Positions 50,758 through 64,000 of a stretch of DNA of 64,000 nt are shown one piece after another. Position 1 is the first letter of the stretch; each line of letters opens with the position of its first letter. The notes beneath the pieces were generated by a model. That model worked only from the letters and a program-made list of their open reading frames with translations. It was not told where the DNA came from and did not search any database. The stretch is from the human T2T-CHM13v2.0 reference genome, Homo sapiens. Where the stretch lies: the NCBI RefSeq assembly GCF_009914755.1, contig NC_060936.1; one strand, written 5' to 3'. The position numbers and the translations under genes are program-made.

Positions 50758-51082
50758 TTTTTGTGTTGTTTTTTTTTTTTTTTTTTTGACAGGGTCTCTT
50801 TCTGTTGCCAGGGCTGAAGTGCAGTAGTGGAGTAGCGCAATCATGGCTCACTGTAGCATTGACTCCCAGACTCAATTGATCCTCTTACCTCAACCTCCTG
50901 CGTATCTGGGACCACAGGTATGCACCAGGCCCTCCTTTTTTTTTTTTTTTTTTTTTTTTTTATTATTAGAGATTGGTCTCACTATGTTGCCCAGCTGGTC
51001 CCAAACTCTTGGGCTCAAGCAGTCCTCCCGCCTCAGCCTCTCAAAGTGCTGAGATTACAGGTGTGAGCCACTGCACCTGCCC
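50758..51082 (-). mobile_element. AluJ
   Basis: Antisense dimer with long T tracts. Confidence 0.9.
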
Positions 51083-51924
51083 AAGCAGTTCTAATTAAAG
51101 TATGCATGCTCCTTTGTGTCATTGTATAGTTGTATGCACAAAAAGTGCGGAAGGAAACATTTAAGAAGTTATAGCTTTTATTACAGTTCGAGTCTTTAGA
51201 ATATCACAGGAGAACAGAGGAGGGAAGATTAATAGTGAGAATCTCGTGGTTAGAGTTCTACATGATTCTGTTCTTAGGACTGGAGACATGGAAATACGGA
51301 GGAATCTTTCAGAGCTCACTGTTCGCTAGTGGGAGGGCAGTATTTGGTGGAGGCAGGGCAGTCAGGTAGCACCTGGGGGAAAGGATCTTGACTTCATGTT
51401 TAAAACCTGTTTGACCTCTTCATCCTTCCCACTCACGTTCCACCTTGCCAGTTGTCAACTGTTGTGTATGCAGGCAGCATCAGTTTCTGCCCCTCATTTC
51501 TCTAAGAATCTTCTAAAATTGGAGATTATCTTGGGTCTCTGAGACAGGACCTTCTTCTCATCCACCCTCATATCCCTGCACAGTCTCAGAACTATGGTAA
51601 TGCTGTGGTAATCTATAGCCACTTGGGTCTGGAGGGGAGAAGGAGAGACTAGGCCATGTACTGGAGCAGATCCACCTTCCAAGCCCCCAGCTAAGTGTGG
51701 GTATTACAGATGAGGTGAAGGTGATCTTTTCTCAGGGTCCGGGATGAGAAGCTGAAAACCTGAATTAGATTATAAGTACTTATGGAGATTAAAAGAAAAG
51801 GATACTCTTCTCTGTGGTGAAAGATTATTTCTGCCATCTGTTACAGATATAGATAGCCTCACCTTAATTTGGCCAAGGGTGTGGACAGGCACCCTGCTGT
51901 ATGTACTGTGGAGAGCTATGTTGA

Positions 51925-52366
<442 letters not shown>

Positions 52367-53508
52367 TTATTTTCATCAGACAGCTTAGCCTGGCTCTGCA
52401 CAGAGATGGAGACCTGCCACTACTTAAGCTTTGGTTTTAGACAGATTTGAGTTCAAATTCTGGCCTAGACATTCATCAGCCATGTGACCCTGAATGATTA
52501 ACACAACTTCCCGCCCACCCCCCACCCGTAAGATGGAACGAATGTTAGAACCTACTTCATACGAAACGGTTGTATCAAATGAAGAATGCCATTTAAAAAT
52601 CTCACTTTGCAGGATGATGGTGCCTGATACAGTGAAAGCCTTCCAATAATTATAAGGTAACATTATTAATATTGTGGGTAGTTGCTTTTACCTAAGTCTT
52701 AACCCAGTCTTACCTCTTTTGTTTTTTATTAGAGATTTCGCCTTTCCCCCAAGGCTGTTCCTTCCACTTATACAGCTCATTGTCACTTTTTGTCTTTTCC
52801 ATTAAACTGGGAGTATCTTGAGGAAAACTTTCACTTCAGTGAGCAGCATAGTGCCTGATGCGTAGTAGGCAATCAGTAAGTTTTTGTTAAATCTATGGGT
52901 AAATGAATAAAAGATAATGATTATTGAAGAGCTATGTGATATGACTGAAAAGGACCTGGTCTTGAGCAGCTTCTTATAACTTTGGGGCCTTGGTTTCCAT
53001 ATCAGAAAAATGTAGGGATAATACAGAAGGGGTAATGATACTCTACTTGGACTATTATAATATTAATATGTATAAAATATTTAACATATATAAAATATAA
53101 ATTATATATACAAAATACATAATTGATATATATAAAATATACAAGGGATGGTTCCTTGCATGGTCATTGTAAAACAACTAAACGGAGAAATATAAGTGAG
53201 GTCATTTAAATAAAATTGCATTTTCCAGTAGATGCATTTCACAACAGAATTGTATCACTTTAAATATATAATTTTAGTATGAAAGGTAAGGTTCATAATA
53301 GAATCAGATGACATTTTGATAGTCTTTCTACTAAAGAAAATATCTATGGAATAAGAGCATTTCTTAATTTAGCAAATTTAAGATTTTAAAGTGTCTTGTA
53401 TTAAGGTCTAAAAAGTAGTGTTCTTGATATTGATCATGTGAATTTTTAATAAAGGAATATTTGTAGTTTTTACTTATTTCAATGGTTATTTTTAAAGGAA
53501 AAATTTTA

Positions 53509-53769
<261 letters not shown>

Positions 53770-56700
53770 CTAAAATGTTTAATTTTCCTACAAAACTAGA
53801 ATTTTTATTCCTTAAGTATTGTTAAAGTTTGATATCAAATATAACTTATTAAAAGAGATTAATATAATACCAGGCAAAATGAACACACAAGTTATTACCC
53901 TGGTAGTTTGAGTCATTTCAAATTTACTGATATAAAAAATGAAATACTCTCTATCTAATTTGCAAAATAGGTACGTGAATTAATGCTTGTCATTTTGTAT
54001 GCTTGAAAGTTGGGAGTGACTCAACCTATAACCAAATGTTAGAACTTAAACACTGGCAGGCCCTCTTCAGCATTATCAGACCTAAGAAAAGTTTAGACAT
54101 TCCATATCATTTGGGTAGGTGAGAGCAAAATGAAAGGAAGAAGGCTGTTTTTATCCCCAAATGAAGTAGAGTTTAAGATTATTCACTTTATATTTAAGCC
54201 TTTCATAGGAGTTACTTTTTCTATGAAAGCCAAAATTCCATCTTTCTCTTACTGCATTTAGAATTGCAGTTCTCGTTGTCCACTGGATTTCAGGCTGTAC
54301 TCTATTTGGAAGATTGCCAGACCATCTCATATTTTCTGCCTCCATTTAAATTTAAATAGTACTTAGTGACCACTGGGTACATGCTTCTATAACGGGCATA
54401 TCACAGCCTACAAATCATAGAGGAGACATGAACATTTCCAAACAGGCCTTTTATCTGCTCCAAGGGTAAGCAAACACAGCAAAAGGCTTTTGAGCCATGG
54501 GTAATCATGGTTTTCCTGAGAGTTACAGTTGCCTTTACTGTGGCTAGTGGCCTGTTTTATACTTCAAAATACTTATTTGGAAGAGTTCAGTCACCATCTT
54601 TACTAGATTATTTGGCAAAGAAAAAAATCATCTGAAAGCTGACTGGAATTTGGTAGCAATGAGTCATCTTCATAAATCAAGCCCACTACTTTTTGAAAAA
54701 GTCATGTGCATAGAGATTTCATTTAGCTTAGAGCACTGGATTTATCTTGCCTCACAATCTTTATTCAGTAAATATGTGCGGTATATTTAAGGTGTAGAGA
54801 TAAGGAAGCAGATAGGATCCCATCTTCAATAGAGCTTATATTCTAATAAGTGATAAAATAAAAACTAAAAATGTACACAGAAATGCATTCATTTACCTGA
54901 TATCTGTTCAGCACCTTCTGTATGTCAGGTGTTGTGTTAGGTACTAGAAATTGAGCAACAAAGAAGACTGAAGTGGCCCCTGTTCTCAAAGTAGGCAGCC
55001 TAGCAGGGAAGACAAACATACCAACAGAATAACAGCAGATTATATTTAAAGATCGTGAAAAAAGAGACTGAACCAGGATAGCTGAGAACAGAACCTGGGC
55101 ATATCCAAAACTAGTTCAAGGGAATGGGCTCTCACTGGGAGATGGCTGACAAGTGCACCTGTTATTTTTATAATTCTAAAAATAACATGGCCTTAGATTA
55201 TCAACTCTTTACAAAACAGGTCTATGAGAAGGCTCAAGATGTACATTAGATTACTGCGTAAAACACCACAAATGCTTTCAGGCTCACAAGTCCAGTCGTA
55301 CTCAGGGAATTCACCATGCAGAGGTTTTGTTTATAATGATTTCTACAGCTGTTAATGCACCTTGCAAAGTGGTACTATTGCTAGTGGTTCCAGTGCCCCT
55401 TTGTTCCTTGCTGAAATAATAGCCCTGGGTTGGAAGGCAACAAAACTCGGTCAGTCACCCCAGTTCTCTTCATTCTTTCTTTGCATTTCAGTTTAGCATA
55501 ATTATCTTCCTTTCTTGTGCTAAAGGAGAGGCCATGGAGAGCTTGGACCGCAGCAATTCTGTGTAGCTTCCGGAAGTTTCCAAAGGAGGAAGAAAGAGAG
55601 GGAGCAGGTACATCTGTTCCCTGCACTCCATCTTTTCCTCTTGAGGAAGGGAGAGGCAGGGAGCTAGAAGCCAACGGGCCTCTGGATTCTCAGCCAGAAA
55701 TGGCTCTCCAGACTTCTACTCTACTGGCTGTGGGATGTGACTCATTCCTGTCTGGAGGAAGAGTTTAACCTGACTTCGGCTGGGAGTCACAACCAAGCAC
55801 GTAGGGCATGAATCACAATCTGTGAGGGTGGAAAATACCTACTGATGACTCTGATATGCTTCTCTCAATATTTGTTGCCCATGAAAAATCCTAATATTAG
55901 AGAATCACACTGGGGATTTCCTCCCCTGTGAATAGCCAAAGCACCCTAGTAATAGAGTGATATGGAAGATGCAAATTAAAGCTTGCTTTGTTTTCAGTTC
56001 ATAGGGCAAAAAATAAAGGGTTGCAAATTCTGTTATCACTTGCTGTTAAACAGTCCTGTGACTTATTTTTCTGTGTAGGGATCTTTCATATGTGATTGAA
56101 ACTAGCAGGTAATATATCTGTATTATTGTTATATCTAATACCTCTAATTCCTTTCAAATTGGGAATATTGTCTTTATAAATGCCATTGAGATCAAGTATA
56201 AGAAATATTAACATTATCTTTTGCCTGTGCTCTTGTCTGAACCCTCTATTCCTAGTACTGCTTATTTAGTCCAGTGATATTTTTGGTTAACATTGTAAAA
56301 GCATATTTTACATATAGTAAAATGTACTGTTAACTGTTTAAGTTATGACAGTTGTATAGCCACCACCCAAAACAAGAGATGGAGGACATTTCCAGCACCC
56401 TTGTACCCCTTTCATGTCAACCTTCCTCCACATGGTCCCTGCAAGCACTTAAAGACTTCCTCCATAAATTGATTTTGCCCATTCTTGAGCTTCGTTCTAA
56501 AGAAATCATGTAAAATGTAGTTTTTTGTGCCTGGCTTCACTTAGCACAATCTTTCTGGGGATTCATCTGTGTTATAGATATCAGTAGTAATCTAGTGTAT
56601 TGGAACTATAAGAATATCTAGAAAATGTATTTTGAATTAAATCTTGAAGTATTCGTTTCTTATAGGTAGCAGACTAACAATCCTTAACCTTCTAATTCTG

Positions 56701-57471
56701 TTTTTACTTTAAAGTCAGGTAGCTTTTGGTCTTAGTTATTTTTGTAATCTCTTTAAGCAGTTCACATAATGCCTTGCCAATTATAGGAAATTAGCAAATG
56801 TGTTCTTAAGTTGGAAGAGAATGTGTGAGGAAAATTCACTCCTATCTCATTTTACAGAAATTCAGATTTTAATTGTCCTGCTGTAATTGTGAAACTGAAC
56901 TGCACATTCATTCTGAGGATTATTGCACTGATGAGTTTACTGATGAGTGTGACACTGGTTCGGAGGGAACTGTTTGCAGACTCTCCCTATGTATAAGGAG
57001 TTCATGTGTAATAATTTATTTCTCCAGAAGGTCACCTTTTTTCCTACTGATTTTTTTTTACTGGTAAAAATATTGCAAACAGATATTGTTAGTCTCGTTT
57101 GGTAACTGAAAGAGCTCTGAGAACGGAAAAGTTAGAGTGACCTATCCAAATGAAGGAGCAGTTCAGTGTTGGTGCAGGATATTAGATTCCAAAATATTTG
57201 TTCAGGCCCCTTTTCCAAGTTCCCAGGGAAGTTACTGACACTGATGTTGGTTTCTTTTAAGAATGACTCATGATTTTTCGAGCCTGGTTTCCACTCTTAG
57301 TCATCTTCCCTGCCTGAGTTAAAACAGGCTTTAGGCTCTCACTGAATTCCAGCCTTGACAGAACCCCCCACCCCCACCCCTGGGCTTTTGATTCCCACTT
57401 CCTAGCTCAGCTACATTCCAGTCTCTGGAACCAATTCTGACTCCAGGCAGGCAAGATGAGACAATTCAGCA

Positions 57472-57761
57472 TTTACTATCAGTCCAGCAGTAACCTTTCA
57501 GTTCTAATAATTTGGCTTGTCCTTTTCCTCCTCAGTTGTTCAGACTCCTTTCTCAGAAACATGCCTAGGACCTCAGTCTCTTTAGTTCTTTGGATTCTGT
57601 GTTGCTCTTGTCAGTGTTTACTATCAGTCCAGCAGTAACCTTTCAGTTCTAATAATTTGGCTTGTCCTTTTCCTCCTCAGTTGTTCAAACTCCTATCTCA
57701 GAAACATGCCTAGGACCTCAGTCTCTTTAGTTCTTTGGATTCTGTGTTGCTCTTGTCAGTG
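57472..57761. repeat. 145-bp tandem duplication
   Basis: Copies 57472-57616 and 57617-57761 differ at 2 positions. Confidence 0.95.
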
Positions 57762-58879
57762 TTTCCTAATCACCCTCTTGCCCTGGAAATAAAGTCCTCT
57801 CCAATGTGGTGCTACTTCTCCTCCTTCCTGTAGCAGACTCTGGTTGTGGCCTGTCTGTGCCTACAGATTTAGTGACAGGAGCTGTACTTTTCTGTTCCCT
57901 TCTTTAGCTGTCATACTGGTGGTATCTTAAATCTTAGCCCTAAATTGTGATGAAACTGTTGTATTTTCACAAGTCTTCCTTAGTCATATTGTGCTGTCTG
58001 TTCTAAGTAGGGCTGTGAATAAGAGTGGGGTACAGTTTCCTGCAATAAGAGATGGGAGGCTTAACTTCAGCTTGGCACGTAAGAAAGATCAAATGTTTAC
58101 TGCAATGTGGGAAAACCACCTCCTGGGCATAATAGAAATCCAGGCCTGGCAGTAAACAATTCTATTCAAAAGCAGCTTCTCAGGGCTGAGGAATGACCTA
58201 GTTGAGTGGCATGACATCTGAGCAGAACTAGCAAGGAGGCTTGGTGGTATGCCGCCTTTTAACTCCAGCACCTGTGGCTCTTGAGCATTCTCCTCATTCT
58301 TCAGTATGGAAAATGGATATTTTCTCAGTCTTGTGCAAAAACAGCTTCAAGAAAAGTCCCCTAGTCAAAAATTCCAGTATTTGGAAGTGTACCAGGAGTC
58401 CAAAAAGTTGAGAACTACTCCTGGCTTTTTCCTTCCCTCCCTCACACTGACGGCATTCCTGAACTAGCATGCCTGTCTGTCTCTACATTTCTGGGTGACT
58501 GCCTCATCCCAGGTGGCCTTCCTCCAGCTGTGAGCTGGGTGTGTTCCCAGGTATTTAATCCACCCTTGGGGCAAGTTCTTCCAGGCAGCCTCCAGTGCCC
58601 CTTCCGGGATCCTGGCTGGATCAGGCTGACTGTCCTTGGAAGTGAAAGAGGCTACATATGAAGGGGAGAAGGGTCCTCTCTGCCTCAGGAGAAGGAAATT
58701 AGTTACAGGTGCATGCATAGGCAAAATAGCCCCAATCCTGTTGTGATATAACAGAATTTAGAAGACATCTGGCTCAAATTTTAATTTTCAAAAAGTGATA
58801 AATTCTGTGAAGAGGTAACCTGTAGAGTTTATTGTCAAATTAATGGTAGAGCTACTGTATGTGCCACTGTCAGTTGTTA

Positions 58880-64000
<5,121 letters not shown>

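Overview
Primate, very probably human, genomic DNA. It is dense in Alu, L1, L2, MIR and LTR repeats and holds one real protein-coding exon. A CpG island (~38.1-39.7 kb) contains exon 1 of ANO6/TMEM16F (MKKMSRNVLLQMEEEEDDDDGDI, + strand, 38964-39033, phase-1 GT donor). Everything to its right is ANO6 intron 1. Everything to its left is upstream DNA, which from memory is crossed by the divergent PLEKHA8P1 transcript; that pseudogene's body is not visible here. Almost all other ORFs in the track are repeat or GC artefacts. I see no new multi-gene system. The most unusual signals are small-scale: (1) a 26-mer copied three times into a TA-rich tract from 1.8 kb away; (2) a tailless Y5-RNA retrocopy split by an Alu; (3) an unidentified CpG-decayed coding-like segment inside a single L2 element fragmented over ~9 kb; (4) candidate cryptic ANO6 exons at 50.6-50.9 kb; (5) GATA and AP-1/TEAD motif clusters. 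Repeat family names come from my recall of consensus sequences, and repeat boundaries are approximate.
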